From IMG/VR virus record IMGVR_UViG_3300037067_013648: 63,712 bases of DNA; one strand, given 5' to 3'. The stretch is from an uncultured virus (IMG/VR IMGVR_UViG_3300037067_013648). Taxonomy: Duplodnaviria; Heunggongvirae; Uroviricota; Caudoviricetes. Each line of letters starts with the position of its first letter. The first letter of the stretch is position 1. Positions 20,941-30,582 of this stretch are shown here, one piece after another. The notes under the pieces are model-generated. The model was given only the letters and a program-made list of their open reading frames with translations. It did no database searches and was not told the origin of the DNA. The position numbers and the translations under genes were made by a program.

Positions 20941-22718
20941 TCAGGTTAACTGAGGCTCAATTAAACAACAAAATAAAGTTCATAAATGATTATATAAAAG
21001 CTGAAAATGCCTCAACTGGTTCTGTAGTTGATCCAAATGCTAATATAACAAGTAAGAATATAGGTACATTAGAAGCTGAATTACATAAAGACATTAATAT
21101 TCAATTAAATAGAAGATTACTTTGCAATAAAATTAAAGAATCATTTGGTGAAGAATTAGCTAACCAATATATTTCTGATTTAGAATCTCATCTTATTTAT
21201 TGTCATGATGAAACATCTCTTAAGCCATATTGCGTATCGATTTCGATGTATCCTTTTTTGTTTGATGGATTGAAGACTTTAGGTGGTGAATCTATAGCTC
21301 CTTGTCATTTAGAATCGTTCTGTGGTAATTTTATTAATTTAATTTTTGCAATAGGTGCACAGTTTGCTGGTGCTGTTGCCACTGTTGAATTTTTGGCATA
21401 TTTTGATCATTTTGCTCGTATCGATTATGGTGATAATTATTTATTAGAAAAAGAAGAAATAATTAAAAATCATTTTGAACATGTAATATATGCATTAAAT
21501 CAACCAGCCGCAGCTAGAGGCCATCAGTCATTATTTTGGAATATTTCAATATTTGATAAATCATATTTTAAATCATTGTTTGAGAATTTTGTATTTCCTG
21601 ATGGTAGTAAAATGGAATGGAAAACTTTAAAGAAATTACAGAATTATTTTATGACATGGTTTAATAAAGAACGTAAGCGTGCTATACTGACATTTCCTGT
21701 TGTTACGGCAGCATTTTTAAATGATGGTAAACAAGCCATTGATAAAGAATTTAAAGATATGCTAACTAAAGAATTATCAGAAGGAAATTCATTTTTTATG
21801 TATTTGTCTGATTCAGCAGATTCATTAGCCTCATGCTGTAGATTACGTAATGAAATGTCCGATAATACTTTCAGTTATTCACTTGGTGCTGGTGGTGTAG
21901 CAACTGGAAGTATTAATGTTATAACTTTGAATATGAATAGATTGGTACAAAAAGGAATTGATTTAAAAGAACAAATTATAAAAATGCAGAAATATCAAAT
22001 AGGATATAGAAAATTAATTGAAGATTTTTTGAATGCCGGAATGTTATCTGTATACAATGCTGGATATATAACTTTAGATAAACAATTTTTAACTATTGGC
22101 ATTAATGGAATGGTTGAAGCAGCAGAATCATTGGGAATTATTCCTGGAAATAATGATGAGTATAAAAAATTTGTTTCTGAAAAATTGAAAATTATTTATG
22201 ATCAAAATAAGAAAATGCGTTCAGAAACAGGATATATGTTCAATACTGAATTCGTTCCTGCTGAAAATCTTGGTGTAAAATTTGCAATGTGGGATATTAA
22301 AGATAAATTAAAAGTTAAACGTTCATGTTATAATTCTTACTTCTTTCCAGTTGAAGATGAAAATATCAATATAATAGATAAGTTTGTATTACATGGCAGA
22401 GAAATCAATAAATATTTAGATGGTGGATCTGCACTCCATTTGAATTTGGAGCAATATTGTACTAAAGATGGGTATGATAAATTAATAGATATAGCTATAA
22501 AAACTGGAACAAATTATTTCTGTACTAATATATTAATAACATATTGTGAAGACTGTGGATTTATAGATAAAAATACTCAAGATCATTGTACTAAATGTGG
22601 GTCAAAGAATATTAGTCATGCTACTAGAATTATTGGATATCTTAAGAAAATAACATCTTGGTCATCTATGCGTAAAACAGAACATGTACAGAGACATTAT
22701 CATAAAGAATTTATATAG
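20937..22718 (+). CDS. nrdD: class III anaerobic ribonucleoside-triphosphate reductase (no ATP cone)
   Basis: TFPV, SCCRL, VPAENL, CxxC..CxxC, glycyl-radical loop TRIIGYL. Confidence 0.95.
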   Translation: MIRLTEAQLNNKIKFINDYIKAENASTGSVVDPNANITSKNIGTLEAELHKDINIQLNRRLLCNKIKESFGEELANQYISDLESHLIYCHDETSLKPYCVSISMYPFLFDGLKTLGGESIAPCHLESFCGNFINLIFAIGAQFAGAVATVEFLAYFDHFARIDYGDNYLLEKEEIIKNHFEHVIYALNQPAAARGHQSLFWNISIFDKSYFKSLFENFVFPDGSKMEWKTLKKLQNYFMTWFNKERKRAILTFPVVTAAFLNDGKQAIDKEFKDMLTKELSEGNSFFMYLSDSADSLASCCRLRNEMSDNTFSYSLGAGGVATGSINVITLNMNRLVQKGIDLKEQIIKMQKYQIGYRKLIEDFLNAGMLSVYNAGYITLDKQFLTIGINGMVEAAESLGIIPGNNDEYKKFVSEKLKIIYDQNKKMRSETGYMFNTEFVPAENLGVKFAMWDIKDKLKVKRSCYNSYFFPVEDENINIIDKFVLHGREINKYLDGGSALHLNLEQYCTKDGYDKLIDIAIKTGTNYFCTNILITYCEDCGFIDKNTQDHCTKCGSKNISHATRIIGYLKKITSWSSMRKTEHVQRHYHKEFI

Positions 22719-22725
22719 TATTTAA
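22717..22725 (+). promoter_or_regulatory. class B motif (A/T)GTATTTAA, representative copy
   Basis: Also at 13667, 18303, 40740, 46765, 59638 (+) and 27063, 36884, 39392 (-). Confidence 0.65.
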
Positions 22726-22730
22726 AAATT

Positions 22731-23684
22731 ATGAAACAATACGTTGACTTAATTAATCGTATATTGGAAACTGGAACTCAGCATAATGATAGAACTGGAA
22801 CAGGTACTATAAGAATATTTGGTGCACTTGAGAGATTTAATTTGCAGGATGGTTTTCCTATTATTACTACAAAGAAGATGGCAAAAAAGACTATGTGGGT
22901 TGAATTAATTGGATTTGTTAGAGGCATAACAAATAATATGTGGTATACAGATCATGGATGTAATATTTGGACAGCTAATCAAAAAGCTTTTGCTGCTAAG
23001 TATGACACAAAACATCAAGATAGTCCATGGCCTGAGGAAGAAATGGGTCCAATTTATGGTGCACAATGGAGAAGTTTTGATGGGAAATATAATATCAATA
23101 ATCCTGCAGGAGAATGCCCAACAATTATTAAAGGTGAAGTTGAAGAAACCAAAAATATTAATTATTTAAATCATAGAGGCGTTGATGGTTTTGATCAGCT
23201 TAAATGGCTTGTTAACGAAATTAAGACTAATCCTAATAGCAGACGAATGATAGTATCTGCATGGAATCCAAATCAATTTGGTATTATGTGCTTACCACCA
23301 TGTCATATTATGTGGCAAGTAATAGTTAATAATGGTAAACTTAGTTTGATGTTTTATATTAGATCTAATGATATAGGATTAGGATGGCCTTTTAATATAG
23401 CTTCATATGCTACTCTTGCTCATATGTTAGCACACTGTACTGATTTGCAAGTTGGTGAATTAGTATGGACATGTTGTGATGCTCATATTTATAATGATCA
23501 TATTGAAGCATTAAAAATTCAAATATCTAGAAAACCGAGAGCCTTACCAAAATTTAAGATTAATACTGATATTAAAGATATTAATAAAATAAATTGGACT
23601 CATTTTGAATTAACTGATTATAATCCATGGGATGAAAATGATCCCGATACTGTCCCAATGCCAAAAATGAAAATGTCAGTATAA
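22731..23684 (+). CDS. thyA: thymidylate synthase
   Basis: DRTGTGT, GPIYGAQWR, LPPCH, RSNDIGLGWPFN, DAHIYNDH. Confidence 0.95.
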   Translation: MKQYVDLINRILETGTQHNDRTGTGTIRIFGALERFNLQDGFPIITTKKMAKKTMWVELIGFVRGITNNMWYTDHGCNIWTANQKAFAAKYDTKHQDSPWPEEEMGPIYGAQWRSFDGKYNINNPAGECPTIIKGEVEETKNINYLNHRGVDGFDQLKWLVNEIKTNPNSRRMIVSAWNPNQFGIMCLPPCHIMWQVIVNNGKLSLMFYIRSNDIGLGWPFNIASYATLAHMLAHCTDLQVGELVWTCCDAHIYNDHIEALKIQISRKPRALPKFKINTDIKDINKINWTHFELTDYNPWDENDPDTVPMPKMKMSV

Positions 23685-23695
23685 AGGAATAATAC

Positions 23696-24103
23696 ATGAA
23701 AAAACAAAAAGAAAATATTGTCAAAATTGCAGCAAATAATGTTGTACAAATTAAAGGAGTTGGCTGGGAACATATTAAAATTGAAGGACCTATTTCAGTT
23801 TTATCTGATAAAATAAGACAAATAAATAAAAACAATGGTTGGAATGTCACTGTTGTAAAAGACTGGGATGATAATGAATATAAAATACCTGCTGTTCTTG
23901 CTTTGATTCATTCTGAAGTATCAGAAGCTTTAGAAGATTTTCGTAAAAATAATAGAGAACATTTTGCTGAGGAATTAGCAGATGTAGCAATTCGTTTATT
24001 TGACTTAGCTGGTGGATTAAACATTGATCTTGATGAAGAAATTAATAAAAAACTAGAGAAAAATAAAATGAGAGGATATAAACATGGTGGAAAGAGAATA
24101 TAA
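23696..24103 (+). CDS. MazG-like nucleotide pyrophosphohydrolase
   Basis: LIHSEVSEALE...EELADVAIR. Confidence 0.8.
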   Translation: MKKQKENIVKIAANNVVQIKGVGWEHIKIEGPISVLSDKIRQINKNNGWNVTVVKDWDDNEYKIPAVLALIHSEVSEALEDFRKNNREHFAEELADVAIRLFDLAGGLNIDLDEEINKKLEKNKMRGYKHGGKRI

Positions 24104-24293
24104 AATATGGCATGGTGAACACCAGACTTTTGCAACAGCAAAATCTATCTCAGCTATATCACCAAAAGAAGCCATGAAAAGTATCTCTGATTCTAAATTT
24201 AAAATAAATAAAACAATTGACGACAGATGGATAGCTATAAATGAATCACAAAATGATGATTACTATTTTATAGTTAAACAAAACAAGGAATAA
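24084..24293 (+). CDS. hypothetical protein
   Basis: ORF with GAGG RBS. Confidence 0.55.
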   Translation: MVEREYKIWHGEHQTFATAKSISAISPKEAMKSISDSKFKINKTIDDRWIAINESQNDDYYFIVKQNKE

Positions 24294-24294
24294 A

Positions 24295-24564
24295 ATGGAA
24301 TCTAAAACTAAACTAGTATGGTTCATTGACTGTTCTGGAATGAAAGATTATGAAATAAATGCTAAATTAAAACAACTAATGAATTATACTAACGCCAATA
24401 GATTCTTTAGTACATTTCAACTATTAATTATACCAGCAAAAGAAAATAAATTCCAAATATTAGATAGCGATATAGAAATTAATAAAGATCCAAAAGAATT
24501 AGAAAATTGGTTGGAATCTATAAAGAATAAATTAAAAAATTGCTTAACAGTTTATTTAAAATAA
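24295..24564 (+). CDS. hypothetical protein
   Basis: ORF with AAGGA RBS. Confidence 0.6.
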   Translation: MESKTKLVWFIDCSGMKDYEINAKLKQLMNYTNANRFFSTFQLLIIPAKENKFQILDSDIEINKDPKELENWLESIKNKLKNCLTVYLK

Positions 24565-24582
24565 AAATAAAAAGGAAACTAA

Positions 24583-24822
24583 ATGTTCTTCAATAGCAAA
24601 AAGAAAGTCTCAACATATATCATCACTGTAATGACTAAGAATGGCAGCTTTGATGTTAGTTATCAAGATGGCAGAGAAAGAGATGGTGATTATTTTAGGA
24701 TGCAAAATGCTTTAAATAAAGAAATTATTCCAAAAACCATTGATATTTTTCAAAATCAAATCGCTATTGTTACACCTGAGATTGTATTCTTTACTAGATC
24801 AGAGAATGTACAATATGTTTAA
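24583..24822 (+). CDS. hypothetical protein
   Basis: ORF with AAGGA RBS. Confidence 0.6.
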   Translation: MFFNSKKKVSTYIITVMTKNGSFDVSYQDGRERDGDYFRMQNALNKEIIPKTIDIFQNQIAIVTPEIVFFTRSENVQYV

Positions 24823-25105
24823 TTGGGTTAAACCTCCTTGTTATCCTGATGAAAAATCATTTGGGAAATATATTATTTTTACATCTAATTGCCAATATCT
24901 TTTTGCTAATTTTAATGGTAATTGGTTAGTAGGTAAAAAAACTATTTCTAAAAGTCATATTATAGCATGGTCGAAAGTTGATATTACTAACAAAAATAAT
25001 ACTTTAGAATTAGCCAAACAAAATGGTCCAAAATATTCAAAAATTGAAGTTTGTTTAAGAGAAAGAGATTTTATTTATGACCAGATACCTATCACTCAAT
25101 TATAA
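24815..25105 (+). CDS. hypothetical protein
   Basis: Likely ATG 24815 overlapping upstream stop. Confidence 0.55.
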   Translation: MFNWVKPPCYPDEKSFGKYIIFTSNCQYLFANFNGNWLVGKKTISKSHIIAWSKVDITNKNNTLELAKQNGPKYSKIEVCLRERDFIYDQIPITQL

Positions 25106-25125
25106 CAAATTAATATTTAAAAAGT

Positions 25126-25344
25126 TTATTTATTGCCAGATATAGTTTTTAATAATTCTGTACTTAATTCACTTATTTGATTTGCTAATTTTATAGACTT
25201 TTCACTATTAAATAAAATTTTTTCTATATAACTTATGAACATTAATATTTGTACTATTATAAATAATATTGGTATTATTATTATACATCCTATTAATATT
25301 GTAAATACTGCTCTTATTAATTTTGCTAATCTTGTTAATCTCAT
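25126..25344 (-). CDS. small membrane protein
   Basis: Long hydrophobic stretch after basic N-terminus. Confidence 0.55.
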   Translation of the reverse strand: MRLTRLAKLIRAVFTILIGCIIIIPILFIIVQILMFISYIEKILFNSEKSIKLANQISELSTELLKTISGNK

Positions 25345-25384
25345 GTAAAGTTAATTTTGCATCTAAAATATAAACTATATAAAA

Positions 25385-26029
25385 TTACGGCATTTTAATA
25401 TTTAAATCTATATATTTTTGTCCTCTATTTGTTGTATATTTATCTGGATTTAAAATTTTATTTTCAACACACCATAATATAACTGATTCAGGTTTATCTT
25501 TATGGTCAATTTTTATTGGTAATAATTTATAATTATATCCATCGTGTAATTCTGTATGACAATTATGACACATTAAAGAACATTTGTTTAATTCGTCTAT
25601 TATCTTGTCTAAATTATAAGTTAAAACCATTCCTCTTATATTAAATATTTTCATTGTTTGATCAATATGATGAAAAGTTAATGATGACATACACCTGTTA
25701 TAACCACAAACGCAACATTTACCTCCTGATTTATATATAGCCCATGCCTTAACAGAATCTCTTAATATTAATTTTCTAATGTTGTTTTTCGATTTACTAC
25801 TAATTTGTCGTGTTATATTATTTTCCTTGTCTGTGATCATCTTATTAGTTAATATTTTTATTTTAATTTTATCAATATTATTTTTAATATTTTCATTTTC
25901 AGTTAAAGAATTACACCATTTAGATATTGTTGACTTTGAAAATCCAGTTATTTTCTTAATTTTTCTGCATCCAAGACCTTGTTTTCGTAATTCTATAATT
26001 TTGATTGCTTGTTCTGAATATTGAAACAT
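25385..26029 (-). CDS. HNH (homing) endonuclease with N-terminal HTH
   Basis: GLGCRKIKKITGFSKSTISKW HTH; CCVCGY...LTFHH...CSLMCHNCHTELH. Confidence 0.85.
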   Translation of the reverse strand: MFQYSEQAIKIIELRKQGLGCRKIKKITGFSKSTISKWCNSLTENENIKNNIDKIKIKILTNKMITDKENNITRQISSKSKNNIRKLILRDSVKAWAIYKSGGKCCVCGYNRCMSSLTFHHIDQTMKIFNIRGMVLTYNLDKIIDELNKCSLMCHNCHTELHDGYNYKLLPIKIDHKDKPESVILWCVENKILNPDKYTTNRGQKYIDLNIKMP

Positions 26030-26071
26030 ACGAACCTCCAGACATTAAATTTGCCTGGAGGTTCGTATGTT
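26025..26071 (-). promoter_or_regulatory. 17-bp perfect hairpin occluding GGAGG and ATG of the HNH gene
   Basis: AACATACGAACCTCCAG (26025-26041) pairs with CTGGAGGTTCGTATGTT (26055-26071); 13-nt loop. Confidence 0.85.
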
Positions 26072-26073
26072 GA

Positions 26074-26154
26074 TGGAACCAAGGGAGGGGCTCGAACCCT
26101 CATTTTCATCCAATTACGTTACTCGGACTTAGAAGGACCGGACGATACCTTGGC
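26074..26154 (-). tRNA. atypical tRNA-like RNA, anticodon UCU (Arg), no D-arm, long extra region, encoded CCA
   Basis: GCCAAGG/CCTTGGT acceptor; CGGTC-CTTCTAA-GTCCG anticodon arm; GAGGG-TTCGAGC-CCCTC T-arm; TCCA end. Confidence 0.8.
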
Positions 26155-26180
26155 AGGACATGTTTTTATATATTTTTTGT

Positions 26181-26555
26181 CTACGTGATATTATTTTCTT
26201 GTTCGTTTTTTAGTTTTAAAATATTTTCAATGCCATATATTATTTTGGTGTTTTTTAATGTATATAAGAAGCCGTTTTTACCTACCATTATTTCTACATT
26301 AGATAGGTCGAATGTTTTATCGATTTGACTTCCTAAAAGTGATGCTATGGAATCTATTAATTGTTGTGGTAGTTTGTTGGATGTTAATAATCCAATTATT
26401 TTATTTGTTTCTATTCTCTGAGCTTTTACTGAATTAGGAACACTTTCTTTAATATATGTAGGATTTGGGTATATTACACATCCTTCTATAGGAATGCAGA
26501 TGATTGTATTTTGTTGTATATCAATGCCGGTTATATATGCAGTGTTATCAGTCAA
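26181..26555 (-). CDS. hypothetical protein
   Basis: ORF track. Confidence 0.6.
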   Translation of the reverse strand: MTDNTAYITGIDIQQNTIICIPIEGCVIYPNPTYIKESVPNSVKAQRIETNKIIGLLTSNKLPQQLIDSIASLLGSQIDKTFDLSNVEIMVGKNGFLYTLKNTKIIYGIENILKLKNEQENNIT

Positions 26556-26784
26556 TTTCTACCCTTTCGTAATCGCAATATGACCATGTACTAACGTATG
26601 CTCCGTCTTTTTTTTGTGCCATTGTAAAATTGCATGGTGGTGAATTTATTCCTAGTTCTATATGTAGTTTATGAGCGAAGTTTTCTTTAATTGGTATTAA
26701 TGACCATGCTGTTACTTCTGTAATACCATTTCCTAAATATTTTTTATGGTATTTTGGTTCATCATTAATAAAATTTTCATTCAT
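26548..26784 (-). CDS. hypothetical protein
   Basis: ORF track; class A motif at 26801-26809. Confidence 0.6.
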   Translation of the reverse strand: MNENFINDEPKYHKKYLGNGITEVTAWSLIPIKENFAHKLHIELGINSPPCNFTMAQKKDGAYVSTWSYCDYERVEID

Positions 26785-26814
26785 AATTTATCTCTATTAT
26801 TTTATAACACGATT

Positions 26815-27057
26815 TTATTTTTCATTAATAGATTTTATAAATTCTTTTAGTTTAGTCAAATCATTATTTTGTATGAACCATGATATTTTAGTATTATTAT
26901 AAATAATACTACTTATTAATTTTCCGCTATGGCTGAATTTATATTCGGTATTTGGCATATTGTTAATTTTTAAAAATATATATTTTTCTGTGTGTCTAAG
27001 GTAGGTGGCTTTTATATCTAATTTTGATAATCCTATTGATATTAGTTGTACTTCCAT
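26815..27057 (-). CDS. hypothetical protein
   Basis: Class B motif 5 nt before ATG. Confidence 0.6.
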   Translation of the reverse strand: MEVQLISIGLSKLDIKATYLRHTEKYIFLKINNMPNTEYKFSHSGKLISSIIYNNTKISWFIQNNDLTKLKEFIKSINEK

Positions 27058-27070
27058 TATGTTTAAATAC

Positions 27071-30000
27071 TTATCTAACTATAAATTCTGGTGATCCTCC
27101 TGGGCCTATTTGCATTACGCCTATTCCATCATTTGCTGATGATGTACTTGATGATCCACCAACTGGGGCTGCTGATGATAATGATGATTCAGATGTATTA
27201 GAAGATATAGTAGAAATTGAGCTTGTTGATGATGAATTGCTGCTTATAGATGATATAGAACTAGCTGATGATAGTGAATTAGTGCTTGCTGATGTTGCAG
27301 TTGATTGTGAACTTAATGATTTACTGCTTGATGATGAACTTGATTGGGAGCTAACTGATGTAGGAGTGGATTGTGAACTTATTGATTGGGAGCTAACTGA
27401 TGTAGGAGTGGATTGTGAACTTATTGATTGGGAACTAACTGATGTAGCAGATGTAGGAGTGGATTGTGAACTAGCTGATTTACTACTTGATGATGAACTA
27501 TTACTTTGTGAACTTAATGATTTACTGCTTGATGAACTTGATTGAGAACTAATAGATGTAATAGTCGACTGAGAACTAACTGATTGAGAACTAACTGATG
27601 TATCTGATGTAGGAGTTGATTGAGAACTAACTGATTGAGAACTAACTGATGTATCTGATGTAGGAGTTGATTGAGAACTAACTGATTGAGAACTAACTGA
27701 TGTTAATGATGTAGGAGTTGACTCAGAACTAGATGAACTACTTTGAGATGTATCTGATGAAATAGTTGATTGAGAACTTATTGATTCAGAACTAATTGAT
27801 GTAGCAGATGTAGCTGTTGATTGAGTACTTTCTGATTCATTAGTTTGAGACGAAACACTACTAATTGAAGTTGGAGATGAAGAACTAGAATTATCTGATT
27901 GAGAACTAACTGATGTAGCAGATGTTGGAGTTGATTCAGAGCTTATTGATTGTGAACTAATTGATGTAGCAGATGTAGGAGTTGACTGAGAACTTACTGA
28001 CTGGGAGCTAACAGACTGGGAACTAACTGATGTAGGAGTGGATTGAGAGCTAACTGATGTAGGAGTGGACTGTGAACTAACTGATTGGGAACTAACTGAT
28101 GTAGCAGATGTAAGAGTTGATTCAGAACTAACTGATTTACTACTGGATGATGAACTGTTGCTTTGTGAACTTAATGATTTACTGCTTGATGAACTAGATT
28201 GTGAACTAATAGATGTATCAGATGAAATGGTTGATTGAGAACTAATTGATTCAGAACTTACTGATGTTATTGATGTTGCTGTTGATTGAGTACTATCAGA
28301 TTCACCAGTTTGAGATGAAACACTACTAATAGAAGTTAAAGAAGTTGGTGAAGAAGATGAAGAACTAGAATTATCTGACTGAGAACTATTGGACTGAGAA
28401 CTTATAGAAGAATTAGAAGTATCAGATGTAGGAGTAGATTGTGAACTAATTGATTGAGAACTTGCAGATGATACTGATGTTGCTGTTGATTCAGAACTAG
28501 ATGATGAACTGATTGATGCCAATGATGTAACTGTGGATTGTGAACTATCAGATATAGAACTGATGGATGTATCAGATGAAATTGTAGACTGAGAACTTAT
28601 TGATTGAGAACTAACAGATGTATCAGATGTTGCTGTTGATTGAGTACTGTCAGATTCACCAGTCTGGGATGAAACGCTACTTATAGAAGTTTGAGATGAA
28701 TCAGAAGAAGATGAAGAACTAGAATTATCTGATTGAGAACTTGCAGATGAGTTAGAAGTAATAGATGAAGGAGTTGATTCAGAACTTATAGATTGTGAAC
28801 TAGCTGATGTAGCAGATGTTTGAGTTGATTGTGAACTTATAGATTCAGAACTAACTGACGTAGCAGATGTTGGAGTGGATTGTGAACTTACTGATTGAGA
28901 ACTAACAGATGTTGCAGATGTTGCTGTAGATTGAGTACTATCAGATGCACCAGTTTGAGATGAAACACTACTTACAGAGGTTTGAGACGAATCAGAAGAA
29001 GATGAAGAACTAGAATTATCTGACTGAGAACTTATAGAAGAATTTGAAGTAGCTGATGAAATAGTAGATTGTGAACTAATTGATTGTGAACTAATAGATG
29101 TATCAGATGTAATAGTAGACTGAGAGCTTATTGATTGTGAACTAATTGATGTATCAGATGTAATAGTAGACTGAGAACTTATAGATTCAGAGCTTACTGA
29201 TGTAGGGGTAGATTGTGAGCTAACAGATTCAGAACTAACTGATGTGGGAGTAGACTGTGAACTAACAGACTGAGAACTAATAGATGTATCTGATGAAATA
29301 ATAGACTGAGAACTTACCGATTGAGAACTTACTGATGTTATTGATGTTGCTGTTGATTGAGTACTATCAGATTCACCAGTCTGAGATGAAACACTACTAA
29401 TAGAAGTCAACGAAGTTGGAGAAGAAGATGAAGAACTAGAATTATCAGACTGGGAACTTACAGAAGAATTAGAAGTAGCAGATGTAGGAGTAGACTGAGA
29501 ACTTACAGATTCAGAACTAACCGAAGTAATAGATGATGGTGTAGATTGAGAACTAATTGACTTACTACTAGATGAACTAGACTGAGAACTAACTGAAGTA
29601 ATAGATGTTGGAGTAGACTGTGAACTAACCGATTGAGAACTAACAGATGTTAATGATGTAGGAGTAGATTGAGAGCTAACAGACTGAGAAGATAAAGATT
29701 GAGAACTTATAGAACTAATAGAAGTATTAGATGATGGTGTAGAATAAGAACTTGCTGACTCACCAGAAACAGAACTCAATGATGAACTAGTTGATTCTGA
29801 TAAATTAGTACTAATTGATGTTCCAGATACAGCACTTAATGATGAATTACTAGAAATAGAAGAATTAGTAGATGGAGATGAGTTAGAACTTTGTGAAGTT
29901 GATTCTGAAGAATTAGTAGATTGAGACGATTTTGAACTAGATGAAGATGAATTAGTTGATTGAGAAGAATCAGAACTAGATGAAGATGAAGAGCCAGAAG

Positions 30001-30547
30001 AATTAGAAGAAATAGAAGTAGCAGATGAAATAGATGAACTTGAAGTATCAGATGATACTAAACTCATAGTTTGAGATGAATGTGATTCATTAGAAACAGT
30101 ACTAATACTTGAAGAAGAAGTTGAAATAGAAGAATTACTAGAATTACTTGATATAGATGATTCAGAAGTATCTGAAGAATTAGAAGATAATGATGATTGA
30201 GAATCATAAGAATTACTAGATTCAGAACCAATAGTTTGTTCTGTAATTGGAATAATTTGCTTAACTTTGGGTTGTCCAAAAGCATCTGCAGTTCTGAATT
30301 CAACTAATACTATTTCACCACAATATATGTAATGCCTGTTATTTCTTTCATTAACGTGAAGCTTAACATCATTAGTCCATAATCTTATATCATCAGGAAT
30401 AGCAAGAATTAATTTTCTATAACTAAAATATATAGTCCTACATATAATACCATTAATCATACCAGTAATATATGTCTTATCTAAACCAGTACCAACAATT
30501 TCCAATGCAGAACCAACCTGCTTCAAAGAATATATAGTAATGCTCAT
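27071..30547 (-). CDS. giant Ser/Thr-rich repeat protein (mucin-like stalk), probable virion fibre
   Basis: ~105-aa globular N-terminus, ~1000 aa of S/T/Q/V/I/D repeats, C-terminal GIGVMQIGPGGSPEFIVR. Confidence 0.8.
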   Translation of the reverse strand: MSITIYSLKQVGSALEIVGTGLDKTYITGMINGIICRTIYFSYRKLILAIPDDIRLWTNDVKLHVNERNNRHYIYCGEIVLVEFRTADAFGQPKVKQIIPITEQTIGSESSNSYDSQSSLSSNSSDTSESSISSNSSNSSISTSSSSISTVSNESHSSQTMSLVSSDTSSSSISSATSISSNSSGSSSSSSSDSSQSTNSSSSSSKSSQSTNSSESTSQSSNSSPSTNSSISSNSSLSAVSGTSISTNLSESTSSSLSSVSGESASSYSTPSSNTSISSISSQSLSSQSVSSQSTPTSLTSVSSQSVSSQSTPTSITSVSSQSSSSSSKSISSQSTPSSITSVSSESVSSQSTPTSATSNSSVSSQSDNSSSSSSSPTSLTSISSVSSQTGESDSTQSTATSITSVSSQSVSSQSIISSDTSISSQSVSSQSTPTSVSSESVSSQSTPTSVSSESISSQSTITSDTSISSQSISSQSTITSDTSISSQSISSQSTISSATSNSSISSQSDNSSSSSSSDSSQTSVSSVSSQTGASDSTQSTATSATSVSSQSVSSQSTPTSATSVSSESISSQSTQTSATSASSQSISSESTPSSITSNSSASSQSDNSSSSSSSDSSQTSISSVSSQTGESDSTQSTATSDTSVSSQSISSQSTISSDTSISSISDSSQSTVTSLASISSSSSSESTATSVSSASSQSISSQSTPTSDTSNSSISSQSNSSQSDNSSSSSSSPTSLTSISSVSSQTGESDSTQSTATSITSVSSESISSQSTISSDTSISSQSSSSSSKSLSSQSNSSSSSSKSVSSESTLTSATSVSSQSVSSQSTPTSVSSQSTPTSVSSQSVSSQSVSSQSTPTSATSISSQSISSESTPTSATSVSSQSDNSSSSSPTSISSVSSQTNESESTQSTATSATSISSESISSQSTISSDTSQSSSSSSESTPTSLTSVSSQSVSSQSTPTSDTSVSSQSVSSQSTPTSDTSVSSQSVSSQSTITSISSQSSSSSSKSLSSQSNSSSSSSKSASSQSTPTSATSVSSQSISSQSTPTSVSSQSISSQSTPTSVSSQSSSSSSSKSLSSQSTATSASTNSLSSASSISSISSNSSSTSSISTISSNTSESSLSSAAPVGGSSSTSSANDGIGVMQIGPGGSPEFIVR

Positions 30548-30582
30548 CTTATTTAGTTTTGAATAATATATATTTATTTAAT

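Noticed and set aside
22731..23684. ThyA as dCMP hydroxymethylase (modified DNA)
   Set aside because: The dUMP-specifying Asn (PFN) is retained, and dut and tmk are present.
26124..26140. Reading the tRNA-like loop as a CUA amber suppressor
   Set aside because: The stem CGGTC/GTCCG fixes the loop as CT-TCT-AA; the shifted register has no pairing stem.
27024..27545. Asp/Glu-rich + strand ORF (also 12561-12755)
   Set aside because: Antisense shadow of Ser-repeat codons.
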